This document shows, piece after piece, positions 52,623 to 64,000 of a stretch of 64,000 nt of DNA (within the stretch, counting starts at the first letter, position 1; every line of letters starts with the position of its first letter). Both the position numbers and the translations under genes were made by a program. Under the pieces are notes generated by a model. It did not search any database, was not told the origin of the DNA, and saw only the letters and a program-made list of their open reading frames with translations. This DNA comes from Vicugna vicugna (taxonomy: Eukaryota), in the NCBI GenBank assembly GCA_013265495.1, contig MU057521.1, positions 372,001-436,000 of the forward strand. Reading direction: 5' to 3'.

Positions 52623-53689
52623 AAACTCCCCAAGACTACTCAAATTCAACAGAACATAAGAAAAGCAGTATTCCATTGAGAAAATTAGCTTTAGTCCAAC
52701 TTTTCAAGTAATTTTAATTAGTAGGATTTTTTTTTACTTTCAAAGGACAAATTCATTTTCTGTTAATATGTGTATACCCTTCCTCAAGCAATTAATTTAT
52801 ACTGAGATATCTAGAAGAAACAAACTATAGAAGGCCTATTCAAAGAATGTCTACTCTCACATTAAAGGAAAGATAACAATACTTTCAAAGATAAACTATA
52901 TTTTTCCAGAGTATAGTCCTAAACGTGTTACACAAATGTATCATTTATGCACGTTTTTCTGCACTACGTTGCCTTAAATACCTAAGCATCATAAAAACTC
53001 ACTACAGAAGTGCCTTCATGCAATATCTAAATGCATCAAGCCCACTATTCATTCTTTTCAAACTTACTTTACAACAAATAAGCAAATATGTTTTGTAGAT
53101 AATTTAAGTGGGCACTTCACATAGTTTCATTAAAATTAGTTCCCAATAAAACATAGTATATTAGGTTTCAAAAGCTGTTGGGAAAATATTCACAGGCACT
53201 GGAGGCATTAGGTTATTTCTTTCCTTTAGCATTATCCCGTGCACAGTTAAGACGAAGAGATAGAATTGCTCCTCCACCACAGTGTATTAGGTTTAAGTAT
53301 TATAATGAAAGATCTGAGGTCTAACACATTCTGGGAAAGCCATAAATCCTGCGCTAACAGTCAGGTGGTACATTAGGGAACTGTAAGTGCGTGATACGCG
53401 GAATATTCAAATGAGAAATACATCAAGCCTACTATCCTTGTGAGAAGTTCAGCAGACGTAAAAGTATTTGGAGTCATATTCTCTCAGTTTGTAAGATATT
53501 CACTAAATACTAATAAGACTCTGTAAACTGCATTATCTGCATGGGAGCATTAGGACAGCACCTGGTACAGTGCAGTCTTAACATTCCAGAGGGGCCCTCT
53601 AACACGCTCAAACAGGTAAGGGGTCTTTCAAATGTGTTTTTGTTTGTTTCAGTTTGTTTTGCTTTGTTTCAAACAAAAAGATACGTTAC

Positions 53690-53764
53690 CTGCATAATCT
53701 GATCAACCCCTTGTCTAAGTAGCTTTTACATTATCCAAAGCCTCTTCTAGAGTGGTATTGAAAA
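53690..53764 (-). other. Candidate exon (75 nt)
   Basis: Acceptor ggattttag|, donor CAG|gtaacg. Ends ...LLRQGVDQIMQ with upstream stops. Confidence 0.4.
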
Positions 53765-55219
53765 CTAAAATCCTTGTTTTCTTGTCTCAAATTCTCTATT
53801 CAATCTAATTAAACTGTATTAATTTGCTTTCCAGTTTTACTTGAATTTTATAATCATTACAGCCTGTCATGGTGGATTTTCAGCTATTTAAATACATGGT
53901 GCTATTTCTCTTTCTCTCTAAAATTAATGCTAAGGCCAAGGACACATTTTTTAAAGCTGTATTATTAATTTTATTATTATTTTATTATTATTACAATTAT
54001 TAAGATATATAAATTTCTTATTTTAGGAATCATACTTAACAGAGTCAGTTCTGTTAATGAGCATTTTATTTAAACATACATGCAGTGAGAAATTTATTTG
54101 CCTGCAGTGGTACTGGCTAAAGTAGAGTGAAAAAAAAACTAGGCCTAACCTACGAAATGACTGTAGGTGAACCAGACAAGGCTGAAAAACTAATTTAATT
54201 AATCAAAATTCCTAAGTTACATAAAGAATAATTCTTAGAAACATTACTCTTGACATTAATGTGGTATTTATTTTATCCTTGAGAATTTACTTAAGAATTG
54301 TTTTTCACTCAAATTCAACAACAATTGTATGAACATGTCTTTAGATATATTTCAAAAGAGAACACAGAGCAAAATAATAGCCTTTCTGCTGTGATGACTT
54401 AATATGTGTGTATATACATATAACCACAATAGGCCTAAACTTACTGTCAGATTGGATAACAGGTCAACTGAATTTTGCAATGCCTCTCTTTTTGGCAGGC
54501 TCAAGCTCTTTTCATTGAAGCAACTGCAATTTCTAAAAAAGCAGTGTTTTTTTGTGGAATTCATAACAAGGTGAACACTTCTAGAAAGAATGTAGAAACA
54601 GACACAGGTAAACTTTATACAACACCTCAAAACTCATGAAAATGTTTTTTCTTTGCCCTTGGGCACTTTGGAAGCATTCACCACTATAGCACTAAATTTG
54701 ATATTTGAGATAAATTTATCTCAGTTCATTATTGTTTATTGCTCAAAGTCTAATAGAAGGTACTGGCAAATTTGCTCCATAACACCTAAAAATACATTTT
54801 AAATTATTTCAAAATTGTATTTTATGAAATAGATTTTGTTTTCTGCAAAGTAGTCTAAAACTTTTATTCAAAACTTATTTTGCAGGAGATAAAGAGGCAG
54901 ATTTCATTTCTCAGTGATACACCAAAAACAATATACTTCACTTTTTTCAGTTCACTGAAGTATAGACTTCTATGCCAAATATGATATTCAGAAAAGTATT
55001 CTTTCACTAATTTTCATAACGTCAGGAAACACAGAAAATTTACCATGCTTGGTCTTATGAAACAGTGATGATAAAATTTTAGAGCTGGAACATCCTAATA
55101 GTCTCAGTTCACATATTTTACATTGATTTTTAAAAGATGCTCAAGCTCAGAAAGATTCCATACTGAATGAAGGTCACATAAGTTGTGGCAGACCTAGGAG
55201 TCAATGTCAGATCGTCCAC

Positions 55220-56880
55220 TCATTTACTTATCACATGTGACCATTAATGAATCAGACACTGTTACAGATGTGTGAGATGTACCAGCAAACAAAACAGGCA
55301 AAGATACTGATCTCATGGAATGTACATTCTAACAAGGAGAGACAGAAAATAAAGATACAAAAGATACAAAAATCATATTCTATGATGAATGTCACAAGCA
55401 CTCTGGAAAAGAAAAGAAAAAAATATGAAACACATACAGAAGTTCAAAGAGTAATGGAGAGAGAGGAAGATGACAATCACAAATGGGTTGATCAGTACAG
55501 ACATCATTGAAAAGTAAGAAGTAAGTAAAGAGCAGGAGATGAGAGAGCTAACCTTGATGATGTATCTGAGGATCAAATGATGCAGGCAAGAGAAATAACA
55601 CCAATTCAAATGATTCCAGGCTGGACAGGCCGGGGTGTTTGTGGAACCACAAGGAATCCAGGATGGATAGAGCAGAGGGAGAGAGAGGAGAGCAGAAGTT
55701 GAGGTCCGAGAGGCTGGCTGGGTTCAGATTATCTTATCTTGTTATGGTCCAGGTCAAAGATGATGGTGACTTGAACCAAGGCAGTAGCCATGAGGTGGTG
55801 AGAAGTGATTGTTTTCTTCCTTGAATGGGTAGAGCCAGTGTGAAGAAAGAAGGTTAGAAATACTACTGGGGCATGTTAACATTGACAGTTCAGTTGAATA
55901 TGCTGATGGGAAGTCAGCTGTTACACATATTAGAAATCTGGGTTGGAGATACAAACTTGAGAGTTGTTGTAGGAATAGTATTTAAAACCATGATACTGGA
56001 TAAGTTTCATTAAGAGGATGAACATACACAGGAAAGAGAGGAGACTCGAGCTTCAGTACATTTGTTGAACATCTTTCATGCCCCCAAATCATATCCTCTC
56101 TGCCTACTTTTTTTTTTTGTAAAGTCTTTGATGCATCAGCCAGCTGCTCTATACAGGTGCAGCTCTGTGTGACAGACTTCGTCTCAGCTGCACTGTGTAT
56201 CTTTTGGGTTTTCCCAAGAATTTCTTTACAGCCACTGCCTGGGAGCCTATGGTAACTCACTCAGCCATTCCAGTGTATGTTTATAACAGAGTTTTGAGGT
56301 AGAGTTAACAGCCATGGGGGAAAACTTTGACCAGTGGGATACATAAACACTCCATCAGCACCTTGGTAGGACTTGTACTAGTTTAATTTTATATGGTTTC
56401 TCAGAAAGCCCATAGAAGAATCGAGCTCCAGCTACCCACAGTAGTTATAACCAGCTCAATAAATCACCCTTTGTTGGGCTTCCCTCCTTCCCTGATTCAT
56501 GCTTCTCAGTCTGCATTCCTCTTCTCTTTGGAATCACTTGATGAAATAACTACTTGCAAGCAAGTCTTGTTTCAGGCTCTCCTTTGGGACTGGGGAGAAC
56601 CCAAGCTGAGGCAACACTCTAATAGTAAGGGCTCGTGGAAAAGATGCAGAACTAACCAAGGAAACTGAGAATAAGCAACGAGTAAGATAGGAGGAAAACC
56701 AATAGAGCACGGTGTCCAGAAGAGTATAAGGCATGTGTCAAATACTGCTTCAAGTTCTAGTGAGGTGAGGAATGAGGACAAACCATTGGATTGGCAACAC
56801 AGACTGGAGATGGTGACATAAGCAATTTCAGTGAATAAAAATGGAAGCAAAAGCCTGAACAGTGTGGAGTTTCTTTGCAT
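55220..56880 (-). mobile_element. L2 fragments interrupted by an LTR16-like element
   Basis: ggtccaggtcaaagatgatggtgacttgaaccaaggcagtagc; gattggcaacacagactggagatggtgac. Confidence 0.8.
56075..56613 (+). mobile_element. ERVL solo LTR (LTR16-like)
   Basis: aaactttgaccagtggga...aaataactacttgcaagcaagtcttgtttcaggctct...gaacccaagctgaggca. Confidence 0.75.
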
Positions 56881-57539
56881 GACACCATTTGTCTCCAGAT
56901 AGAGAGAGTCCTGGATTCATGATGAGTCAAGTTCTCTCCAGTGTTATTGCTAGCTCTATGAATTATAATGCAATAGTGTGTGCCATAAGGCATCTTAGAA
57001 TTTACATAGGAAAATATGTGAAATGCTGTTTAGATACTGAATATTTTTTAAAATAAGTAATTTTTGGTACATCACAAGAAAAATCCCCAACACACATTTG
57101 CTTCCAAAGTCCTCTGCCCATATCTCTAATATGCCCCACTGAATATATTCTGTATATTCAAGACAGCAACCTGGGGTTGGAAGACCTGATGGCAGGCACA
57201 GGCATGCCACTGGAAGAGATGGAGTTTGCCTCCAATGTCTTCCTCAGCCTCTCCTTCTCGTTTAGGAGGAGAACTGTGGGTTTCACGCTTAATGCCTACA
57301 CATTATGTAGAAACTTGCTTTCAGTTACTTTATCCACACTGAGCTGCAAATAACTAATAAAACCCTATGCCCCCATTCACAGGGTTATCTGGTTTGTAAT
57401 CAACAAAGGTAGACTTTTGGACATTATTCAACAAGCCACAGTGATTTGAGGTCTTCCTGGAGCTCTTCATATTACGTTATGGAAAGGACTGTTCACTTGT
57501 ATCGCATCTAGACACTTGTTTATGAAACTGAATAACCCA

Positions 57540-57960
57540 GAATAAAAATAAACTCTAAAAAATATTCCAAATAGGGGGAAATATTCAAGACAGTTGAGAA
57601 AAAATTACAGGACACATACAAAGAATGTTAATGGGACTAGCATCATAATTTTCATCACCAGCATTAGATTCTAGAAGACGATATAAAAAATTCCTTTAAA
57701 ATTATGAGAAGGAACTTTTAACCTATTAAATTATATATCCAACCAACTATTCAGTTTAACAAGGAAAGCAGACATTTTCGTACATACAAGACTCAGAAAA
57801 TTTACTTCATTGATAACCTGCCTTAGAAGATGAATTTCAAGAAACAGAATAAACCAAGAAAATGGAAGTCTAGATGGCTCCAATGCAGGAGAACAGTAAA
57901 TGAGAATCTCAGTATGACAACTGTGCCACAGGACTAGAAAGGATTGGCTCATACTGGCAC
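57540..57960 (+). mobile_element. L1 ORF1-like/HAL1 fragment
   Basis: ctagcatcataattttcatcaccagcattagattctagaagac...ttatatatccaaccaactattc. Confidence 0.6.
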
Positions 57961-58277
57961 CAAAAAAACCCTAAAGATCTTTGGGAGAAAGGAATTCAGA
58001 AGAAAGAATAGAGGATTCAGTGACTAGAAGGTGTCATTGAGACACTAGGGGAAAATATGAAGGAGAAAATTAAGGCAAGTTGCAGAAGGCAAACATGCAA
58101 TTAGAAACTAAAGAGAGAGAGACAACAAGAGAGCTATGCTTTACAATATGTAATTTTTTTCTTTATGGATGTAAGAGCTTCTCAATTATTATTCTGATAA
58201 ATAAAAAATACAAAGAAAAATTTTTATCTAAGTAAATACTCAGGGACCGTACATACCATTAGATTCATCTGATATAA

Positions 58278-58373
58278 TCTCTTCTCCTGTCCTCTCCTTT
58301 TTTCCTTCCATTTCCTCCCCCTTTCTTCTACTCTCCTTCCTCCCACCCTTCCTCCCCTTCTTCTTCTCTTTCT
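58278..58373. repeat. Polypyrimidine low-complexity tract
   Basis: ~95 bp almost entirely C/T. Confidence 0.85.
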
Positions 58374-58699
58374 ATGATTATTATTATTACTGGTAACATA
58401 TAACCAGATTACATGTAGGACAAAAGCCTCTGCCTTCTTAATTAATTAAATTTCATGTTGACCCTATTTAGTGATTCTTCTCACTGTCAGCTGAAGCTGG
58501 CTTCCATCATTCATCAGTAGAGAAAATGAGAAGTGAATGTCACTACTGACAGTGGAATCACAACCTCAAAGGACAGTTAAAGTTCTCAGGGTTGCTATGT
58601 GACATTTAAAGAAAGAAGGGATTTAAAAGCTACATTATCAGACATGACAAAGACATCTCTACCTCCTGTATTTTGTCTCTTCCACTTTACAAAGCACTG

Positions 58700-59060
58700 A
58701 AAAATTAATCTTAAAACACAGTTCTAATCATGTCATCACTGTACTGAAAATATTTCAACCAATCCACTGCAGACTAAATTTTATTTCTTGCTTTGACATT
58801 TAGTATTCACCATAACTTGGCCTTAACTCAACTGTCCAGCTCATATTTTCACAATTTGCCTGTTAACACCGCAAGTACTTAATAACTGACTGCCCCCAAA
58901 TATGGCTGGCATTTTCCTATTTCCACAACTTTATTGATGCAATTCTCTTTGCCCAAATTCATACCAATTCTTAAAGACTCAACTAGAAGCCTGCCACCCC
59001 ACCAAACCTCCCTGTATCTCTAGGAAGAAATCACCTACATCTCCCATGAATTCCACAAAA
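58700..59060 (+). mobile_element. L2 fragment
   Basis: ctaatcatgtcatcactgtactgaaaatatttcaa...aagactcaact. Confidence 0.55.
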
Positions 59061-59319
59061 CTATATTCACAACTATAATACAGGGAGGAAAATCAAACTT
59101 TAGAATGTTTGTAAAAATTTTTTTATTTATATTAATCCCAGGTAGCTCCAGAAATTTTTTATAGAGGGGTCTTAGGAAAGTGATGAATGGCCATGAGTGT
59201 CCTAGGAATATTTTTAAAGCTGAACGTATAAGACAAGAGTACATATGTTTTGTTTATTTGGAAAAACTTGGTAGGAAGACATTATAGGTAAAAAAAACCA
59301 AACTCACCCAAAGTTCCTA

Positions 59320-59900
59320 CTTGTGGCATCACTGCCTTTACCAGAACAAGGTAAAAACCACCTTCAAGTTGAGTAATTCACTAGAACTCACAAGTCACTG
59401 AAATCTGTAATACTTATAGTTACAGTATATTACAGGGAAACAGTAGTAGTCAAAATCAGCCAAGGCAGGGCCCTGGAGGGGGACAAATACAGAACTTCTG
59501 GTTGTCCTCTCCCCGTGGAGTTATGGACAACATTACCTCCTCCCGGCTACTCTGTGTGACAGTACACATGAAGTATTGCCAAGCAAGGAAGCGCACCCCC
59601 GCCTTTGGTGTCCAGAAGGTCTTGATCACATACTGCCTGAGTGGCTGACCATTAGTCCCCGGTCTTACCAGAGTTCAGGCTAATACCTTTAGTCTCCTGA
59701 ATAAATAAATACCTTATCTCCAGAGGAAGTGATATGGTGGCCCAAAACTCCCACAATAAATCACATTGTCTGTCTAGTGACCAAAGCCTCCAGGCAAAGA
59801 TACTCCTACCATGCAGGACATTCCAGGAACCTAGAGGTCATCTCTTAGCAACCCAGGACAAAGGCTAGAACTCTGAGTAAGGTGAATGCTTCACAACATG
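59320..59900. mobile_element. MER21-like solo LTR
   Basis: aattcactagaactcac...tggagttatggaca...aataaatcacattgt...caggacattccagg. Confidence 0.7.
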
Positions 59901-61288
59901 ACAATATTTTAAGTGCCAAGTCCAGGCAATGCCAATTCACTTTACTGAAATAGGAATTTCATTCATTGTTTTAAATTATTAATGAAAATTTGTATTTTAA
60001 AACCTTCTCTACACAAGTCCCTGGTTATTATACAATGAATATTTCTTGCTTTACTCCAATGTCACTGGTGTGTAAAGAATTAATGAGGCACAGCTCACAG
60101 ATTGATGTTCATATTTATTAGTTTTTGTTCTTTTGCTAAACATGCCCTGTGTAATCTCTGATAATCGCTCAAGTTATTGAAAAAGAGTTTGCACAGCCTT
60201 AATATTATTTGCTTATTAATCTGTGACAAATCATAAAACTTGATATTTTCACCATGACTACCTCATGAAACTTGCTCACTTTGTCTCTGATTAAAGGAGC
60301 AGCACGCTGACAATGCCAGTAACTTTTAGAAGTGTTTTGGGGAGGGCTATGCAAATGCCATCTTTGTTTCCATTAAAGGTATCCAAAAGAAACTGAAAGT
60401 GTTCTTCAACAGCATAATCACATGCCTCAGTTTTGACTGAAGGACGTATGTCTAATACCTATTCAATCCTGCCCTGCCAAAATGAAACACCAACATATAT
60501 GACACCTACCAGTAAGAATCTTCTTGAGATAACATCTATGCTGGCGTCTCCAATGGATGCTAAAACTTCAGTTAAAATTAATTTAGCAGGCTTGGGAATA
60601 CAAACCCTCATTTTGATCAATCCTGGCTATACGTTGCTAATATGAATTTGACCAAATGAGCATCAGGGCTACAACACACCCTTGGTCCACAGAATGAATC
60701 ACTTAAATGTCAATCAAATTCTCTTTTCTCATCTACCTTGAATGCTTATCTTCAACTTCCACAGTGCTTTCTTAGAAAACAACATAAGTGTGTGTCCTAG
60801 AATTCTTCTGGTTCTTAACCATTTTCGGGTCAGACTCTTTAGAATATGACAAACTGACAGAACTAGTTCTAGATAAGGAGTAAACAACACAGCAGCAAAA
60901 ATAACAAAATTTAATATAGTTTCAGAGGGATTCATGGGTCATAGTTTACACATCCTGCTCGAGAAATTTTTGGCCATTGAACATTGCTATATAAGTCTCA
61001 GACAACATATTTGTATCTACTAAGTATATTGTAGAGAAAAATAACAGGCTTTCCAGGTGTTTAGAAACCTTCTACCCCACCTTTATAGTGTAGTCATTAC
61101 ATCGCTCTCCCCTTCTTTAGTCCTTCCAGATCCTCTACACATCTTTTTAAGTTGAATCCAGTCACATCGATTTCTCTCAACAAAAATCCAAGGTCACATC
61201 CGATATACAAATATCATACTGCTTAGGAAGTAGAACCCAAAGGGAAAAGAAGAGAAGGGAAGGAGAAAAAACTTCCAGTACATACTAC

Positions 61289-61388
61289 CTGAAGAAATCT
61301 ACTCCAACACCAGAACATGCAAGAACTGATAAGAATTAAGAGCCCCCAGCACCTGAGTCTCCCTTATTTTGACCCATCTTACTTTCTG
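61289..61388 (-). other. Candidate exon (100 nt)
   Basis: Acceptor cttttaccag|, donor CAG|gtagta. Confidence 0.3.
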
Positions 61389-62504
61389 CTGGTAAAAGTA
61401 GCAAGTCAATTTATTTACAATAACAAGAATCAAACAGATAGATTCATAGTGTTGGTCTGAATAACACATTGCACTGAAGAGCAAATGCCCACTGGAGCTC
61501 TGTGTTTTTGTTTTTAAAATCTGAGGCTGCATCAAGTCTATATTAAGAAAAATATACCAGAACTCTGTTATGTCTTTTTCCTTTGTAAGTGGAAAGTAAC
61601 TGAAGTCTGGCAATACTTATCAAGCATACAGCTATAAAGCCTAATGCTAAGGATGAAGTTTTGGTTTTCTTTATTCAGTCATTGTACATAATGTACAGTA
61701 GGATCTTAACACTTCACTTTAAGAAGAACTTTTGCAATTTTGAGAGGAACTTCTGAAGGAAAAGATAAATCTATGTAAAAATTCCTAGTCCAGCTGCCCC
61801 ACGTGCTTAAAAAATGAGGGATTAATGCTAGATCTTTATTGAATAGGAAAATGCATTTTTCCTTCTTTGGCTTTTTGTACTAAAAACAGGATTTCTCTAA
61901 GCAATGGTTATCATAATATGGGCGAGCACATCTGTGCTTCACGGCTTGTGACACCCCGGGGTGTGTTATCTCCACTCTGCTTCTATGGCTTACAGCATTT
62001 CAGGGCGCAGCAAGCTCCTAAGGGCTCCAGAAAGCATTGCCAGTAATTTTTTACCACTTAAGACAGTTACTATCCCAGACGATGATTACAAGTTGGAGGC
62101 TATTCTGTTCTTCCTCGACATGGCTTACCCCAGCTTGTTTAATTGTACGTAGTATCACAGGCCTACGTTCTGACCAGAAAGGTAACAATTTTCACACAAG
62201 TGAATGTACCTAAATGTTCATATCTCATATTCAGATTTCACAGTTCATTCAATGTAGGTCAGGTGCCAAGATCTAAAGATGAAAAATAATGAAAAGCAGT
62301 ATTTCTCTCAAGAGCTCAGTGGAAATAACAATAATGCTTAAAGTGTAACAATGATTTTAAAAAAGAAAATGTTCTTAGGACAGAAAGGAAACATCTGCTC
62401 AAATTAGTGTTTGAGATTGACAGCACGACAAATAATTCTTTCATGTTTTAATTTTATGATATAATTCCATGGGATGACTTCAGTGGACCACCCTATGAGT
62501 TGTC

Positions 62505-62595
62505 ATATAAAATTATATTTTATATATGATGTGTATATGTTATGTATATGTGTATACATTGGCATATATACAGGTATATGTGTATGTATATATGT
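62505..62595. repeat. Degenerate (TA/TG/TATG)n low-complexity repeat
   Basis: tatatatgatgtgtatatgttatgtatatgtgtatac... Confidence 0.8.
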
Positions 62596-64000
62596 TCTAC
62601 ATTAAGCAGGTTTAACTATCATTTTCTAGGCAGTAGTTCAAACTTAACAATAACAGAACAGTAGCAAACTATAGTGGCATCTTATACAAGTGAAAGAATT
62701 ATTTACGACATTGAATTAGGTTGTTTCACCAAATTCATTTCCATCAAAATAGTGTGCCCAAAGCCTTGAAGATAACTAACTTGAAACCTTAAACCTCAGT
62801 GATTCAGGCTTCAACGTATTAATTTTTTTTTTATAATTTATAACTTAAAAAAAAGAATGTCCAACTTTTCCAAAATCTCTATCTTCTCTTCCAGGGTAAT
62901 CAAATAAACTATTGCTTAAACGTCACACTATTTAAGCTAAAACAATTATCCATTTTAACAAATGTCCAGTATGCATTTTTACTACCATTTATGAGTACTT
63001 ATTGATGATCAGTAAATTATATGCTAATGAGCATATTTTGAAAATATTAAAACCTTGAAATCTAAATAGCCATTGAGCCCAAATGCTTAGTTTTTCAGTC
63101 ACTTTCTTATTCCTCATAGTTTACACTTTAGGAACGTACATAGGTCTAATGGTTGTGAATTTCCAGTATAACACACAGGATTTGCAGAGAATCAACTCTG
63201 TGATCAGCTTCGAGTCACATATGTTAACGAGTCCATCAAAACCCAGAACAATGTTAGACTTTTCTGAAATTCACTACAACACCTAGTGTTGAACATGTGT
63301 TAACAGTAATTATGTAATTTTTAATCTGGTTGGTTGAGGGATTAATTAGATCATGGAAACTGTGGTTGAGGAAAGGTTAGCAAATAAATGAATACCAACA
63401 AATTAAGCGTGAATTTGACTGTTTAAAGCCATTACATTAGGATGGCGGAAAAGTGTCCTTGGAATCTATGATACCTCTAGTGGCTTATAGGCCAAAGAAG
63501 CAAAAGTAGCAAGAAAAGAGAACAGTCAATGGCAAAAGAGAGACCAGAGGGCATTATTAACTCATGTTTGGAAACAACTTTGTGGAAGGATCCCAGAATA
63601 ATAATATCCAACACCATATTCACCCAAGTACACTCTATCTAAAGTAGGGATTCAATAAGAATTAAGAAACCGGGCCTCTTTCCTAAAAGAAAAAAATAAA
63701 ATATAAACGTTCACCTGCCCAGCTTATGTTGGCCATCAACTAAAGTAGCAAATTCCCGGCAACTTTCAGATATTCTAGAATTTGAAGCGATGTTAAAGAT
63801 GACCTATTTAAATCCAGTACATAGATGACCATTTCTCAGATTTAACTTATATATTGTTCTTGTTATCTACTTTCACCAGCTTTGACTCTTTCTCCCTCTT
63901 CCATCCTTTTTATTCTTCTTTCCTGAATGTAAATGCCATTGCTCCCTTATTTGACATACATTACATTTCAAAACAAAAAAAAACAAAAAAAAACCTAAGT

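Larger units (their letters stand above)
17142..63263 (-). pseudogene. Putative decayed multi-exon gene or spliced lncRNA (unidentified)
   Basis: Minus-strand AG..GT-bounded segments at 63140-63263, 61289-61388, 53690-53764, 48838-48866, 48760-48766, 38997-39042, 35447-35572, 31916-32003, 25572-25614, 21139-21233, 18370-18410 and 17142-17216. Most donors are CAG|gt. All three spliced frames contain stops. Confidence 0.35.

Noticed and set aside
17142..63263. Faint resemblance of candidate-exon translations to vitellogenin, ADAM, myosin or DEPDC7 motifs
   Set aside because: Matches are only 3-5 residues, come from mutually incompatible frames, and exon sizes do not fit. No gene symbol assigned.
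1..64000. CRISPR arrays, operons or prokaryotic systems
   Set aside because: Sequence is mammalian and repeat-rich, with no repeat-spacer arrays or dense ORFs.

Overview
AT-rich, CpG-depleted placental-mammal DNA, most likely camelid: it holds two copies of a tRNA(Ala)-like SINE that matches my recollection of the Camelidae Vic-1 family. The window is dominated by interspersed repeats: L1 fragments, L2, MIR, MaLR/ERVL/ERV1 solo LTRs, Tigger2a, MER5A and hAT fossils. I cannot support any intact protein-coding gene, and the ORF track is consistent with chance or repeat-derived ORFs. The non-repeat signals worth following are: (1) a chain of about a dozen short minus-strand segments bounded by canonical AG/GT splice signals, with no continuous open frame (decayed multi-exon gene or lncRNA, unidentified); (2) a small CpG-rich promoter-like patch at about 34.5-34.95 kb; (3) an intact 552-bp solo LTR with a CCAAT array, two octamer motifs and a TATA box; (4) a tailless 5S rRNA retropseudogene with target-site duplication (TSD); (5) several enhancer-like blocks. 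Repeat family names come from remembered consensus motifs, not a database search, and most repeat boundaries are approximate. I found no convincing novel biological system.
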